The notes beneath the pieces are model-generated. The model ran no database searches. It saw nothing but the letters and a program-made list of their open reading frames with translations, and was not told the origin of the DNA. Source: Sedimentisphaerales bacterium (lineage in GTDB: Bacteria > Planctomycetota > Phycisphaerae > Sedimentisphaerales > SM23-30). Taken from it: DNA of 64,000 bases. Both the position numbers and the translations under genes were made by a program. The stretch lies in assembly GCA_963666285.1 (NCBI GenBank), contig OY762711.1; one strand, written 5' to 3'. Of the stretch, positions 20,566-32,164 are shown one piece after another. Every line of letters starts with the position of its first letter. Position 1 is the stretch's first letter.

Positions 20566-21297
20566 AAGTCTCCTTCATAATGGTAAAAAATATAATCCCG
20601 GAATATTTCAATATCCCGAACCGTAGAATTCCACTCGTTTATTTATAACCCAATATTGGGCACTACCTCAACATTTTGAATTATTTGTTCACAAACATAA
20701 ATTAAGGAAAAAACACTCCTGCTAAATTTTAGCAGTGAATATGACATTAACATAAATGGGTATAAAATCAAGTGTAAACCGAGTAAAAAACACCCATAAT
20801 CTTTATTTATTCAATAATTTATTTTAAGTACCGGGGTATCTCTAAAAACAGGCAGTGGAACGGACGTGAAACTGCAAGTATTGTTTTTGTATTAATTGAG
20901 ATATTATGCAGTTATCGCTTTGTTAGAAAAATCTATTAAGCAAGCAAGTCACAAGCAAGTCATGCATATATTTTCATAAAAAATGAACAGGAATTCACCA
21001 AATCTAAACTAAAGATACAATATTAGAACATCAACAGAGAAATAAAAGATGCTTCATTCTTGTGCGGTTTATGCTTTGCATAATATGTACGGCGTACTGA
21101 CTGTTCAACATTATACGCAAAGACCAGAACATGGTCAATTAAGTGAAAAAAAAGGTGTTTCCCGATGAATTAGGATTTCGCTTTACTCAACATCGCATAT
21201 TATGCTCAGTTTAAAGAGCTACAAAAAGGAGGACCTTTTAGGCGTTTTTAGCAACTTAAAAATGCAAAAGTTCACTTCTTCATAAGGTCGATTTATA

Positions 21298-23295
21298 CTA
21301 ACCGGCCTTATGATTACCATTTTTCTTCTGGTTTTCCATATGCTTTTTGTGTAATTCCTGGCTGTCAACATCACCGACATATTCAGGAATAATTCTTTTA
21401 ATCAGAGCTACGATCTCATCATATTTGGCGGAATTGGCCACCCTAATGAGTTCGTCGACGGTGTCGTAAAGCTCATTTTCGTCAGGCGGTATATTCTGCC
21501 AGACCGCAATCTTCGGATGAGGAGTCGGCTTCATATCTTCACCGGCGATACTCAATTCTTCGAATAGCTTTTCGCCCGGTCTCATGCCTGTATACTTGAT
21601 TTCAATATCTTCGTCAGGCCTGAACCCGCTAAGAGTAATAAGTTCACGTGCCAGATCAGCGATTTTGACAGGTTCGCCCATATCGAGCAGGAATATTTCT
21701 CCGCCCTTACCCATAGTTGCAGCCTGAAGCACCAGCTGTGAAGCTTCCGGAATAGTCATAAAGTATCGCTGCATGTCAGGGTGAGTAACAGTAACCGGTC
21801 CCCCGGACTCGATCTGTCTTCTGAAAATAGGGACAACCGAACCGTTGGAGCCCAGCACATTACCAAATCTTACCGTAATAAAGTCAGTATTACTTTTGCT
21901 ATTGATACTCTGTATAACCATTTCAGCGATTCGTTTACTGGAACCCATAATACTGGTAGGGTTAACCGCTTTATCGGTTGATATCATAACAAAGTTACTT
22001 GCACCCCATTTATCAGCGGCCGTAGCAACGTTTCTACTACCACAGACGTTATTTTTAAAGGCTTCGCCCGGATTAGCTTCCATAAGCGGCACATGTTTAT
22101 GGGCAGCCGCATGGATAACGACCTCAGGATGGAAAGTAGCAAATAAGCGGTCAACACGTTCAGAATCGGCAATATCACAGATAACCGGTCTAAGCGGAAC
22201 GGTAGGATGGCTTTTCTGCAATTCACGTTCGATATGGAACAGAGGATTTTCGGCCTGTTCAACCAGCAGCAATTTTTTGGGGCCAAACTGACAGATCTGT
22301 CGGCACATTTCCGAGCCAATGGAACCACCAGCCCCGGTAACCATAACAATTTTATTATTAAGAAACTTACTGATTTTATCAATATCAAGAGTTACCGGGT
22401 CGCGGCCGAGCAAGTCGTTAATATCGACCTCTCGCATCTGAGAGACAGAAAACTTACCAGATGCAATAGAAACGAGGTCCGGAACCGTATTGAATTTCAG
22501 GTTGGAACCTTCACACTGACTAATCACGCGTCTGATATCTTTTCTATAAACAGAAGGCATCGCAATAACCAGCTCGTCAATATTCATCTCTTTGGCGATT
22601 CTGGCAATTTCATTGGTAGTACCAATAACCTCTACGCCATGAATCCGCATGCCTTGCTTACGAGCATTGTCATCGATAAAGCCAACGACCTCGTATTTGA
22701 GAATTGCCATCCTGCGAATTTCCCTGAGCAGAGTTTCGCCGGCATTGCCGGCACCAACAATAAGAATACGAGTAAGCCGTCCGGAAACGACCTGCTGATT
22801 TTCTTCGAAATACAACCTGATAATAAGCCTGGAACCACAAACAGTACAGATAGTAGCAACCCAGTCGGCAACCAGAATAGCGACTTCCAGCTCATCAAGC
22901 AAAGGAATTTCCTGGCCGGGCATCATGCCAAGAATGTTAGGGAATCTCCATCTGCAGATATAGTAAGCAGAAATTTCGATAACCAGACAAATATGAGTGG
23001 CTTTTATTATACTAAAGAGATCAGAGACACTAACATATCGCCACCATCCCTGATATTGCCGAAATATGCCGTAAACAACGAGCTTAATAACAGCAATAAC
23101 TAAAAAAGTATTCCAAAAAAGCGGCCCAAACCACTCTTCGTTTATCTCCATACTGTTTAGAACAACAAAGGACATAAACAAGCTAAGCCAGAAAAACACC
23201 AGATGAGCGAATATGATTTTGCCTTTCCACAAAATATAATCTTTCAACGGCATGCCTTGGCCGGATGATGAACTTGTATGTAAGTCTCTTTCCAT
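21298..23295 (-). CDS. CapD/PglF/WbpM-type membrane-bound nucleoside-diphosphate sugar 4,6-dehydratase
   Basis: N-terminal TMs, GAGNAG CoA-binding-like domain, TGAGGSIGSE, HAAAHKHVP, STDKAVNP, RFGNVLGSNGSV. Confidence 0.92.
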   Translation of the reverse strand: MERDLHTSSSSGQGMPLKDYILWKGKIIFAHLVFFWLSLFMSFVVLNSMEINEEWFGPLFWNTFLVIAVIKLVVYGIFRQYQGWWRYVSVSDLFSIIKATHICLVIEISAYYICRWRFPNILGMMPGQEIPLLDELEVAILVADWVATICTVCGSRLIIRLYFEENQQVVSGRLTRILIVGAGNAGETLLREIRRMAILKYEVVGFIDDNARKQGMRIHGVEVIGTTNEIARIAKEMNIDELVIAMPSVYRKDIRRVISQCEGSNLKFNTVPDLVSIASGKFSVSQMREVDINDLLGRDPVTLDIDKISKFLNNKIVMVTGAGGSIGSEMCRQICQFGPKKLLLVEQAENPLFHIERELQKSHPTVPLRPVICDIADSERVDRLFATFHPEVVIHAAAHKHVPLMEANPGEAFKNNVCGSRNVATAADKWGASNFVMISTDKAVNPTSIMGSSKRIAEMVIQSINSKSNTDFITVRFGNVLGSNGSVVPIFRRQIESGGPVTVTHPDMQRYFMTIPEASQLVLQAATMGKGGEIFLLDMGEPVKIADLARELITLSGFRPDEDIEIKYTGMRPGEKLFEELSIAGEDMKPTPHPKIAVWQNIPPDENELYDTVDELIRVANSAKYDEIVALIKRIIPEYVGDVDSQELHKKHMENQKKNGNHKAG

Positions 23296-23584
23296 ATGAA
23301 CCTTATCGACTTTTATGTAAATACACTTTATTCATAAAGTAATGAAATAAGATGTTAAGAAGAACAAAATATCAAAATCGCATAAGAATCACGTAAGAAT
23401 ACTATTAATAACAGATTTGGATTGCATACGATTCCTCTTACATTTTTATTAAACAGAGATCAAAATTAAATAACAGGCTTTGTTTAAGTGGAACAATTAT
23501 AGTTAAATTATGTCTATTAACAATAGATTTGTGCATTATCCATAATATCGCGGCGGTCAAAAAACGACATAAACATTTACTATA

Positions 23585-26500
23585 TCATTCTTTATAATCT
23601 GTAAAAATATCCCCGATCAATGAAAGAGGTATCGGAGTAATAACCGGCTTATCATATTTTCCAGTAGCCCGCACATGTATAAAACCGCTCCTAACAGCAT
23701 TAAACAGGCTTTCAACAACCGGAATAGGTTTGAGAATTTTTGGAGCTTCAATTAAAAATTTAATGTCAAGTTCTCCGCTTTTATCTTCATCGCCGGCAAA
23801 AGGACCTACCATTTGCCCCTTTCCGTTAATAGACACCGCACCACCCAGAAAATCCATTTTAGTAAACATTGTTTTATCATCCACAATATCACCAATAATA
23901 GAAGCATCCTGAAACGCCCCTTGATGAGGCATAGAGAAGTTAATAATGTTTAATATGCCGGCGATAAGAGGTAATTTCCCTAGAGCACCATTACTAATAT
24001 AAAACTCAAATTTTCCGATTTTGTTTTCCCGGCTATAGAACAAATTCATATAGCCGTTCAACCGCCCCTTAATCTCTTCTGCTTCCTCAGCCAGGACAAC
24101 ATCTCTCAGATCACAATTTCTAAAGATTAATTCGAGCTCTGTCGACTTATCAGACCTGTCAGTTTTTGCTTTAATTCTACCGCCCAATTTACCGTTACAG
24201 AAAATCGAGTTGATGATGTCGATATCCAATAGATGCCGACTGCTGTTAAAGCTTACCTTTGATCTGGTTTCTTTCAAAGGTCTTTTTAAGATAAGAGCGG
24301 CAGTGTCATAAATATCTGCGTCAAGTTCAAGGTTATCATTGACCTGGTCATATACAAATGAATACTGAAAAGAAGAACTGATATCCGTAGTTTCAAGCGG
24401 CAATAATAATTTACCGTCAGCGATAGAGCCGGTCCCTTTGACATGCCATTTCATATCATTGTTGGTGTCAGCCGTATCAAGCGAAAGGTCAGCATCGCAA
24501 CTGAGATCGCCTGCTAAACCAATTTCATCACTTAACAGCGGTACAAGTTCGACAAAAGCTTTTTTAAGGTTATCGTCAATGGGGAATTCCCGGGCAACGA
24601 CCTTTAAGTCAATATTTTTATGATTGTCTTTATCTGCCAACGAACCATTCAAGCAGACAGAATTATTAGCAAAAGAAACATTATTTAATGTAACCAGCCC
24701 AGGCACCATATTAAACTCACCGTTGAGAGAGTCAACACGATAATCCATAAAGACAGCCTGCATATCATGAGGATTGAAAACAGCAGAATAATCCAGTTTT
24801 TTGTCGGCCTCCCTGGCAACTTTCAATTTTAGATCAAATATACCAGAAGGGTTATACTTTTGGATAATTTCCGGAATGTTTTTACTAACCAAATCTTTCA
24901 GGTCGTAATCAAAAGGCAACCGGCGTCCATCAAGTTCCAGCGTGTAGTTGTTTTTATCAATATAGCCGGACGCCTTAACAGGCGAGGTATTATCCGGCCA
25001 GATAACATTACCGGCAAAATCAAGAATATTGAGACGGAAATCCTTGATATTTACATTAGTTTCAACTTTTTCGATCTTCCTGGGAAACTGTTCCAGGAAA
25101 ACAGAGGCGTCAGAAAGATACAAATTGATATCATGTTCGATGGTATCGACTTTGATTTCATCAATCGGAGTTTTCGAGATATGCCCGTTGAATACTTTTC
25201 TGACGCCAGCGGAACCGGAAAGATTTCCCAGCGGGTTGGCCTTGTCATAAAGTTTTTTAATCATAGTCGGCAACTGGCCTGCAACTGTACTGTCAAGTAC
25301 GGTATTGTCAAAATCAACCCGGCAATCTAAAACAGAATCACCTAGATCCGGAGTATCAATAAAACCTTGAACCTTGAACTTGCCGCCGGCAAAATCTGCA
25401 CTTTGCACTTCAAAAGTAGTTTTTTCACGTTCCCAGCGAACCTTACCGAAACATTTACCGGCCGGTACCGGGAAAAATTTAAACGTGCCGCTGCAATCTT
25501 TCAGGTTAAGTTCCAGGCTGTCATTTGGCGGCTGCCCCTGAATGACATTCAATCTATAATGGGCGTCGGCACTGCCGGTTGGATTGAAGAGGTCAAAGAT
25601 GTTTTTCTGGATATTATTAAAAGCATTGTAAAGAGTATCGTTAACGACAATATTTTTAGCATCAACATCAACATCGATTACCCATTTATTGTCATTATTT
25701 TTGGCAGCACCGCCATTAACAGTTATGTCCTGACCATCCTGCGAACAGTAGATTGGTCCAAACTCAACAAGTCCTTTGCTAATATGAATAGGACCGTGAG
25801 CACCGTGCAAGAGATAAGGGAACCGAACATGTCTGCCAGAAGCGTTGACAAGTTCGATATCGCAAGATACATTATTTACGTCACCGCTTCTTTCAAAGGA
25901 TGCGTCAATGTCAATCCTGCCGGTCGGAACAAGATCCGAAATGATTTGCTTTTTCTTTTCCGGAATAGCACAGACCAGCATTTTAAGAACCGATTTAAAT
26001 GAACCGGTATTAACAGCATCACTACTATATTCTTTGAGCCGGTCGATATCAAGCAGATTGCTTTGCATAATATCGAAATCCTGCCATTGGTCGGCAGGCA
26101 GATTCATATCGGTACTAATGATCCTGAGATTTATATCTGAGTCGCTTGAATAGCCTTTGACAGACCCGGTAAGCAGGAAGTTAGCGTCATTATAACCAAC
26201 TTTAACCGAGTTAATAATAGTTTCATTAGAAGTAACAACAATTTCACCGCTAACATTATTAAGCGGCAGAACAGCGCCTGCCCCAATCCAATCGATACCG
26301 GCAGAAGCCTGTTCAAGAGTAACGGTCAGCCTGTTGCCCTGAACCGGGCTATAAAGACTGTTCAATACAATTTCACCCCTTGGGTTAATCGCATCATAAA
26401 GCAGCCTGAACCTGGCAAGGTTAGGCGGAAGGTTTTCTGAAGCAAACTGTTCGATATCAAACTTAAGTTTTGAAGCAAGTTCTAGAGTTTCCGGGTTATA

Positions 26501-27235
26501 GCTGCCATTTATAACACAGTTGGGCAGCGAAGTAGTTTCGCTGCTGACAAATTTGAAGGAGATGATACTACTTTCCGGATTTCTAAGAGCACTACCGGAG
26601 AACTCCTGTTTCAACGGAGAAGAAAGATAATCTTTTGAGCTTTCCCGATATTGAATATAAGATTCCCTGATAAAAACTTTGGGGAAAGATTTGCGTTTGC
26701 CCTCACCTTTTTTCAATTTCAGTTTAGTAATATTCCAGTTTTTTTCGTCATTGTCATAACTCAGATTAAGAAGCGCCCCAATAGCGACAATACGATCAAC
26801 CTCCAGTTCTCGTGTGAAAATACTCAACGGATTGAATTCGAGCAGAATATCGTCACTGCTGAATATAAGATATTGCGGTTCATGCGGCATGCCGGGCAGA
26901 TAAACATTAAGATTGCGGATCCTGATATCGCTAAGGATATTGATCTCTGCCTGTCCAATATCAACTTCACCACCAGTGATTTTATGAAGTGCCCGGGTGA
27001 GATGTCCGTTAATACGTTTGTCGGCTAACTGGTAAGTAATAATACCAACAGCGATAATAATTACGCCCAGAGCAATCCCGGCAGTTAAACGCTTGCGAAT
27101 TCTTCGTTCAGGTGAATGCCGGCGCGGATTGTGGCTTCGTGCAAGCTGAAGTGCCGATTTGATGAGTCTGGCAACTGTTTTCAGTTTATAGGACCAGCTT
27201 TTATTATCTTGATTTATCTTTTTCACTGACAACAA
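23585..27235 (-). CDS. AsmA-like/bridge-like envelope protein
   Basis: N-terminal TM then long beta-rich repeats; AsmA_2-like C-terminus (V.ATG.Y..P). Start uncertain. Confidence 0.65.
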   Translation of the reverse strand: MLSVKKINQDNKSWSYKLKTVARLIKSALQLARSHNPRRHSPERRIRKRLTAGIALGVIIIAVGIITYQLADKRINGHLTRALHKITGGEVDIGQAEINILSDIRIRNLNVYLPGMPHEPQYLIFSSDDILLEFNPLSIFTRELEVDRIVAIGALLNLSYDNDEKNWNITKLKLKKGEGKRKSFPKVFIRESYIQYRESSKDYLSSPLKQEFSGSALRNPESSIISFKFVSSETTSLPNCVINGSYNPETLELASKLKFDIEQFASENLPPNLARFRLLYDAINPRGEIVLNSLYSPVQGNRLTVTLEQASAGIDWIGAGAVLPLNNVSGEIVVTSNETIINSVKVGYNDANFLLTGSVKGYSSDSDINLRIISTDMNLPADQWQDFDIMQSNLLDIDRLKEYSSDAVNTGSFKSVLKMLVCAIPEKKKQIISDLVPTGRIDIDASFERSGDVNNVSCDIELVNASGRHVRFPYLLHGAHGPIHISKGLVEFGPIYCSQDGQDITVNGGAAKNNDNKWVIDVDVDAKNIVVNDTLYNAFNNIQKNIFDLFNPTGSADAHYRLNVIQGQPPNDSLELNLKDCSGTFKFFPVPAGKCFGKVRWEREKTTFEVQSADFAGGKFKVQGFIDTPDLGDSVLDCRVDFDNTVLDSTVAGQLPTMIKKLYDKANPLGNLSGSAGVRKVFNGHISKTPIDEIKVDTIEHDINLYLSDASVFLEQFPRKIEKVETNVNIKDFRLNILDFAGNVIWPDNTSPVKASGYIDKNNYTLELDGRRLPFDYDLKDLVSKNIPEIIQKYNPSGIFDLKLKVAREADKKLDYSAVFNPHDMQAVFMDYRVDSLNGEFNMVPGLVTLNNVSFANNSVCLNGSLADKDNHKNIDLKVVAREFPIDDNLKKAFVELVPLLSDEIGLAGDLSCDADLSLDTADTNNDMKWHVKGTGSIADGKLLLPLETTDISSSFQYSFVYDQVNDNLELDADIYDTAALILKRPLKETRSKVSFNSSRHLLDIDIINSIFCNGKLGGRIKAKTDRSDKSTELELIFRNCDLRDVVLAEEAEEIKGRLNGYMNLFYSRENKIGKFEFYISNGALGKLPLIAGILNIINFSMPHQGAFQDASIIGDIVDDKTMFTKMDFLGGAVSINGKGQMVGPFAGDEDKSGELDIKFLIEAPKILKPIPVVESLFNAVRSGFIHVRATGKYDKPVITPIPLSLIGDIFTDYKE

Positions 27236-27399
27236 ATATGAGGTTAATACAAATAATCTGCCATTTCTACGTAGATATTATATATTATATTTTCAGGAGT
27301 TAAAGCACATAATAAAATGAATCGATAATAACAACAAGTATTCTATTTACAAAATTTTACATATAGATGCGTTATTAGCTATTTATGACGGCAGTTATA

Positions 27400-27428
27400 T
27401 TGACTCATGTTGGCAATTATAGTATATT
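27400..27428 (+). promoter_or_regulatory. Sigma70-type promoter for the GH43 gene
   Basis: TTGACT-17 bp-TATATT. Confidence 0.45.
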
Positions 27429-27510
27429 AAAATGTAAGGCAACCTCTGAAAATTGCATTTTGTTGAAAAGCTGCAAAAAACAATAATTCTATATACAAGT
27501 GAGATAAAGA

Positions 27511-30297
27511 GTGAGCAGATTAAAGTTTTGTTTCCTGATCGTCATAAGCTTTGTGATATTCACAAATCCACTCTCGGCCTTTGATAACCCGTTCAGCTAT
27601 GTAAGCGGGATTAATGACTGCGACGTGATAAAGTATAACGGTGAATATTATATCACCGGTAACTGGCTGGGCGGCGATATGTTCAGTTCGCGTAACCTGA
27701 CTGACTGGGGCGAGCGGAAGCATATCTTTTCGCCGAATAATTCCTGGCATGTACCAAGGAACTCTAACCCGGACATGGATATTCACGGGACGCATATTGC
27801 TTATGATAACGGAACATTTCATCTTTACGCTCACCTGGACACCACGGCGACAGTAAGCATCGTCCATGCGATAAGCGACAGCCCGACCGGGCCATATACC
27901 GAGCCAATTGACGAACCATTTGATGTAGCGACAATCGATGTAAAAACATTTAAGGATCTGGATGGTTCGCTGCATTATTACAGTACCCGTTTTGGCGGGG
28001 TAAGCGGCAACCATAACGACTATCGCTCGATGAGCGATTATAATACCCTGACCAGTGATCCAAAGACATTAATCTGGCCGATCTACAGCTGGGAACTTAT
28101 CGACGGTACAATTAATGAAGGTTCATTTGTATTCAGGTACCGCGACAAATATTATATGCTATTTAACGGCAACCACACGCGAGCGCCGGAATATGCCATT
28201 GGTTGCGTGGAAGCAGATACACCAGATGGTTTTTCGAACTCGACCAAGTATGCCGACCCGGTAATCCCGGTAACAGATTATACCGCACTGGGCAATACAT
28301 ACCAGATACGAACAATCGGTCAGCCGTGGATGGTTGAAGGTTTGAACGGTTTCGAGAAATGGGCGGGCTATTTTGCTATAGACACCAGGGAGAGCGGATT
28401 GGGCAGGACCCAGCGAATCGACCGGGCACATTTTTTTGACAGGAAGCTGTACATAGACGGGCCGACAAATCGTTATATGTCTGGGTATCATCCGGGACCG
28501 GCCGAGCCACAGCTGCGAAGTTTGTTTTATCTGCCGGACGGAGATATGCCGGGCGAAGACTGGCAGGAAGCATTTGGCGGACAATGGCAAGTGGAAGACG
28601 AGCAGGCATTTCAGAGCAATCAATCGACCTTTAGCTTTAACCTGGTCAATCGTCAGCCGGCAACAAATTATATATTCGAGGCAAATGTCAAGATGCCTGA
28701 ACTGCGGGACGAGGAAGACAAAGCCGGGGTAGTAGCATATTATAAGGATTCGAATAACTGGATGATTATCGGCGTTGACCGCAGCGAGAATTATAATGGT
28801 GACAACTGGTATTGCCATTTGAAAACGGATACCTCAGAAGGCGTGGTAGGTTACGGTAAATTTGAAGGCAGTTTTGATTACTCGGTATATCATAAGATAC
28901 GGGTAGAGCGAAACGGAAAAGTATTCAGGATATTGTTTGACGATGTTCTGCCGCCAAATTATTCAGATATCGAAACAGACTTTAGCGAGCCGGGAGTACC
29001 AGGGCTGTATTCAGACCATGCCGCAGCGTATTACGATGGTATAATCTACACTATCGGCTGGGATGAATTTGATGAAAGTATAAGCGGCTGGGGTGATGGG
29101 ACAGGCGGGATTACCCAGGCCGGTACATGGTCAGTAAACGGTGATGGTCTTAATACAACTAATAGCGGTCGTATTTTTAAAGGTGATCTAATGGCCGAAT
29201 ATGAGTTTTCGGTTCAGCTGTATAAAGAGGATGCCAGCAATGGCAGTATGGGCGTTTACCCGGTAATAGCCGATAAGAATAATTACCTAAAGGCTTCTCT
29301 CGACCTGTCTGCCGGACAGTTTATTGTAACCGGTAAAAAAGACGGACAGGTATTGACAACCCAGAGTTGTGACATAGACATTCAAAACAGTTATAATATA
29401 CGGGCAGTAAAACTGGAAGACAGGCTTATATTCTTTATTGACGGGAAAGAGACACTAACAACAAATGTGAGTTTTCCGGAGTCACAGGTCGGGCTGTTTA
29501 GTGAAAATATGAATGCCAGGTTTAACGGCATAATGGTGTACCAGACATCGCCGGGCACAGTGCCGAGCCCATGGCAGAGTGCTGATATCGGCAGCGTCGG
29601 CTTTGAAGGCAGTGCAAGCTATAGCGACGGCACATTTACTATTAACGGCAGTGGAACAGATATATGGAACTATAACGACAGTTTTCATTTTGCCTACCGG
29701 GAGATGCTGGGCGACGGCGAGATAAGCGCCCGTCTGGTATCTAATGACAGTACTGACAACTGGGACAAGGCGGCGGTAATGTTTCGAGACGGACTGGCAG
29801 ATAATGCCGGGATGGCACTGCTGGTAGTCAATGGAAACGGTCAGCTGCAACATATGACGCGCAGCGGACCGGGGGCTGCCGCCCAGGTTATAAATTACAT
29901 GACACTAACAAGTGACCAGGTGTGGCTGAAGATGCGAAGGGTGGGAGACAGATATTACAGTTTTTTTTCATATGACGGAGGGGAATGGACACTATTCAGC
30001 AGCAGTGTGCCGGGCTTCGTTGGTGATTATATGAATATCGGGCTGGCGGTATCGGCACATAATAATGCCCGGTTAAACGGCGCGGTTTTTGATGATGTGA
30101 TAATCAACGGTTGTTCGCCGGGAATATACATATCAGATATTAATAAAGATTGCAGTGTTGACATTGCAGATATGCAGATATTTGCGGCAAACTGGCTCAG
30201 TATATTGTCAGCAAATACGCAAACTAATTTCAATGATGACAATATTTCTGATTTGGCTGACTTTGCAACTTTTTCAAATGAATGGTTGAATGAATAA
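27511..30297 (+). CDS. Secreted glycoside hydrolase family 43-like protein with ConA-like/DUF1349-like modules and dockerin-like tail
   Basis: Signal peptide; five-blade propeller motifs (IND, TID, INEG); C-terminal DINKDCSVDIADM..WL. Confidence 0.75.
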   Translation: MSRLKFCFLIVISFVIFTNPLSAFDNPFSYVSGINDCDVIKYNGEYYITGNWLGGDMFSSRNLTDWGERKHIFSPNNSWHVPRNSNPDMDIHGTHIAYDNGTFHLYAHLDTTATVSIVHAISDSPTGPYTEPIDEPFDVATIDVKTFKDLDGSLHYYSTRFGGVSGNHNDYRSMSDYNTLTSDPKTLIWPIYSWELIDGTINEGSFVFRYRDKYYMLFNGNHTRAPEYAIGCVEADTPDGFSNSTKYADPVIPVTDYTALGNTYQIRTIGQPWMVEGLNGFEKWAGYFAIDTRESGLGRTQRIDRAHFFDRKLYIDGPTNRYMSGYHPGPAEPQLRSLFYLPDGDMPGEDWQEAFGGQWQVEDEQAFQSNQSTFSFNLVNRQPATNYIFEANVKMPELRDEEDKAGVVAYYKDSNNWMIIGVDRSENYNGDNWYCHLKTDTSEGVVGYGKFEGSFDYSVYHKIRVERNGKVFRILFDDVLPPNYSDIETDFSEPGVPGLYSDHAAAYYDGIIYTIGWDEFDESISGWGDGTGGITQAGTWSVNGDGLNTTNSGRIFKGDLMAEYEFSVQLYKEDASNGSMGVYPVIADKNNYLKASLDLSAGQFIVTGKKDGQVLTTQSCDIDIQNSYNIRAVKLEDRLIFFIDGKETLTTNVSFPESQVGLFSENMNARFNGIMVYQTSPGTVPSPWQSADIGSVGFEGSASYSDGTFTINGSGTDIWNYNDSFHFAYREMLGDGEISARLVSNDSTDNWDKAAVMFRDGLADNAGMALLVVNGNGQLQHMTRSGPGAAAQVINYMTLTSDQVWLKMRRVGDRYYSFFSYDGGEWTLFSSSVPGFVGDYMNIGLAVSAHNNARLNGAVFDDVIINGCSPGIYISDINKDCSVDIADMQIFAANWLSILSANTQTNFNDDNISDLADFATFSNEWLNE

Positions 30298-30429
30298 TTA
30301 ACTCAAACTGACCGAGGGCAATTTTGAGAGGTATTAGGTATTAGGGAAGGTATGCCGCCAAGCGGCAGGTCGAGACAGTTTGTATAAAACTATGATTAGC
30401 CAAAGTTAAATATGACCAGCTAATGGAAA

Positions 30430-31911
30430 TCATTTCTTAAGTTTAACCCAAATCCCATTTTTTTCTATTTTTTGTAATATTATTCTATAATTATGAGTAT
30501 GGCTATCATTACCTTTTCTTTCCCAAATTACTTCCAAAGGCAATTCAGACTCATCAGGTAGGAGGTATGTCATTAACCTGGAATCATTTTTTTGAATTTT
30601 CAGCTTACTTGTTTTGCCAATTGTCAAAAGATCAATATCTTTTCCTGTCAAAAAACCTAAATCCCACATAATGCAGTCATTAGAAATAGAATTAAGCTCC
30701 TTATGAGCATTAGCTAACCCTGCATTTTTACTATCATTTACAATTTTACAATTTTTTAAATCATAAATATATGGCAATTTATTTTTTAAAGCGTAACTCA
30801 TTCTAGGTATATAAATATCGTTATTAAAGTTGCTTTCCTTTACATTATCAATTTCTTTTAGATTATCAATAACATTATTTATCTTTTCAAAAGGATATGC
30901 CTTATAATAAAATTGTATAGGTTGCCCCCCAAATGATCTATCATGAACTCTAGTTCCAACCGGCACACCTAAACCATCAAAGCTAAACATCTCATCAGGT
31001 AAATCAACTCCAATTTTCATATTTTCAAACTTACATGTTAATAGTTCTTCTTTGATGTAGTTAAGATTATATATTTTAACATTTTTTATAAGCCAAATTC
31101 CTTTATAATCCTTTGATTCTTCAAATTCAGCTTCATAAGAACTAACAAGCTTAACATCTTCATAATCTGTAATTTCATTGTTATACACTTTATGGCTCAA
31201 TACAATAAATCTTTTTGGACAAATATTGATTTCCCTGATAACCTTATGCGGTTTACCGTGTTTAGTCGTGGTTTGTTTATTATATTTGAGTTGAATAGTT
31301 CCATCTTTTGTATCTAATGAGATTTCAGGTTCAATATCATTATCATTCTGTTTGGTAATATATTCCCAAACTTTTTGATACCCCCCCATACAACCTCTAC
31401 CATAAAAATAATCGATATCAAAATTCGATGTTAACTGAAATGGTTTAGTTACAAGGGAAGGTCTACGATTTATATATGCCATCTCATCAGTCACATCATA
31501 ATAAATAGACTTTTCTCTATCATAAGCAATTCTCATATTTTTATTGCCAAGAAAAGAGTCTTTATTGGCATTCTGGTTTTCAACTAAAATATCATGCCGC
31601 CTTTTATCATCTTTTTGATACCAATCAACATTCCATTCACTAGTACCAATAATTGATTTTAATCGCATTTGTCCAGTATATGCAGATCTTGCTGACCTGG
31701 ATGCTTTATCATAATCAACACTCTTGCCACATTGCAATGATAATTTAAGACTACCCTCTGAAAAGTGAATATATTCCTGCCGCTGCTCATATGTAAGCTT
31801 AAGGCGTCTGGCTACCTCTTCTATGTCTCCTAGCAATTGCGACTCGGCAAAGGTAATGCTAGCACTGAAAAATACATATAATACAACTAAAAATAAACGG
31901 TTAATTACCAT
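30430..31911 (-). CDS. Exported hypothetical protein (low GC)
   Basis: Signal peptide, 493-aa ORF, AT-rich codon use. Confidence 0.6.
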   Translation of the reverse strand: MVINRLFLVVLYVFFSASITFAESQLLGDIEEVARRLKLTYEQRQEYIHFSEGSLKLSLQCGKSVDYDKASRSARSAYTGQMRLKSIIGTSEWNVDWYQKDDKRRHDILVENQNANKDSFLGNKNMRIAYDREKSIYYDVTDEMAYINRRPSLVTKPFQLTSNFDIDYFYGRGCMGGYQKVWEYITKQNDNDIEPEISLDTKDGTIQLKYNKQTTTKHGKPHKVIREINICPKRFIVLSHKVYNNEITDYEDVKLVSSYEAEFEESKDYKGIWLIKNVKIYNLNYIKEELLTCKFENMKIGVDLPDEMFSFDGLGVPVGTRVHDRSFGGQPIQFYYKAYPFEKINNVIDNLKEIDNVKESNFNNDIYIPRMSYALKNKLPYIYDLKNCKIVNDSKNAGLANAHKELNSISNDCIMWDLGFLTGKDIDLLTIGKTSKLKIQKNDSRLMTYLLPDESELPLEVIWERKGNDSHTHNYRIILQKIEKNGIWVKLKK

Positions 31912-32164
31912 GTGTTAATTCTTTCACGCTCAATGAAAATAATAGTTTAGTTACCAATATGAAATATTTCTATTTACAATTAAAATCAAATTATATTTAA
32001 AAATATAAGGCAGGACCACCTTGTCCAACTATATTACTATCAAAAACAACCTGCACGACCAATTCAGATTGCGTCTTTGACAACATTTAATTGGTATTAT
32101 AGTTTGGCCTGATATATTCTTATTGTCTGCCGCTTTTTTCGTCACAGGTATTTTATATATACAT

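Noticed and set aside
20941..20962. CAAGCAAGTCA direct repeat x2
   Set aside because: Only two copies with no context; may be chance or slippage
31990..32145. Short ORFs (MLSKTQSELVVQ.. or ..CCQRRNLNWSC..) as the rSAM precursor peptide
   Set aside because: No convincing RBS or start and no supporting features; cannot be supported from the sequence alone
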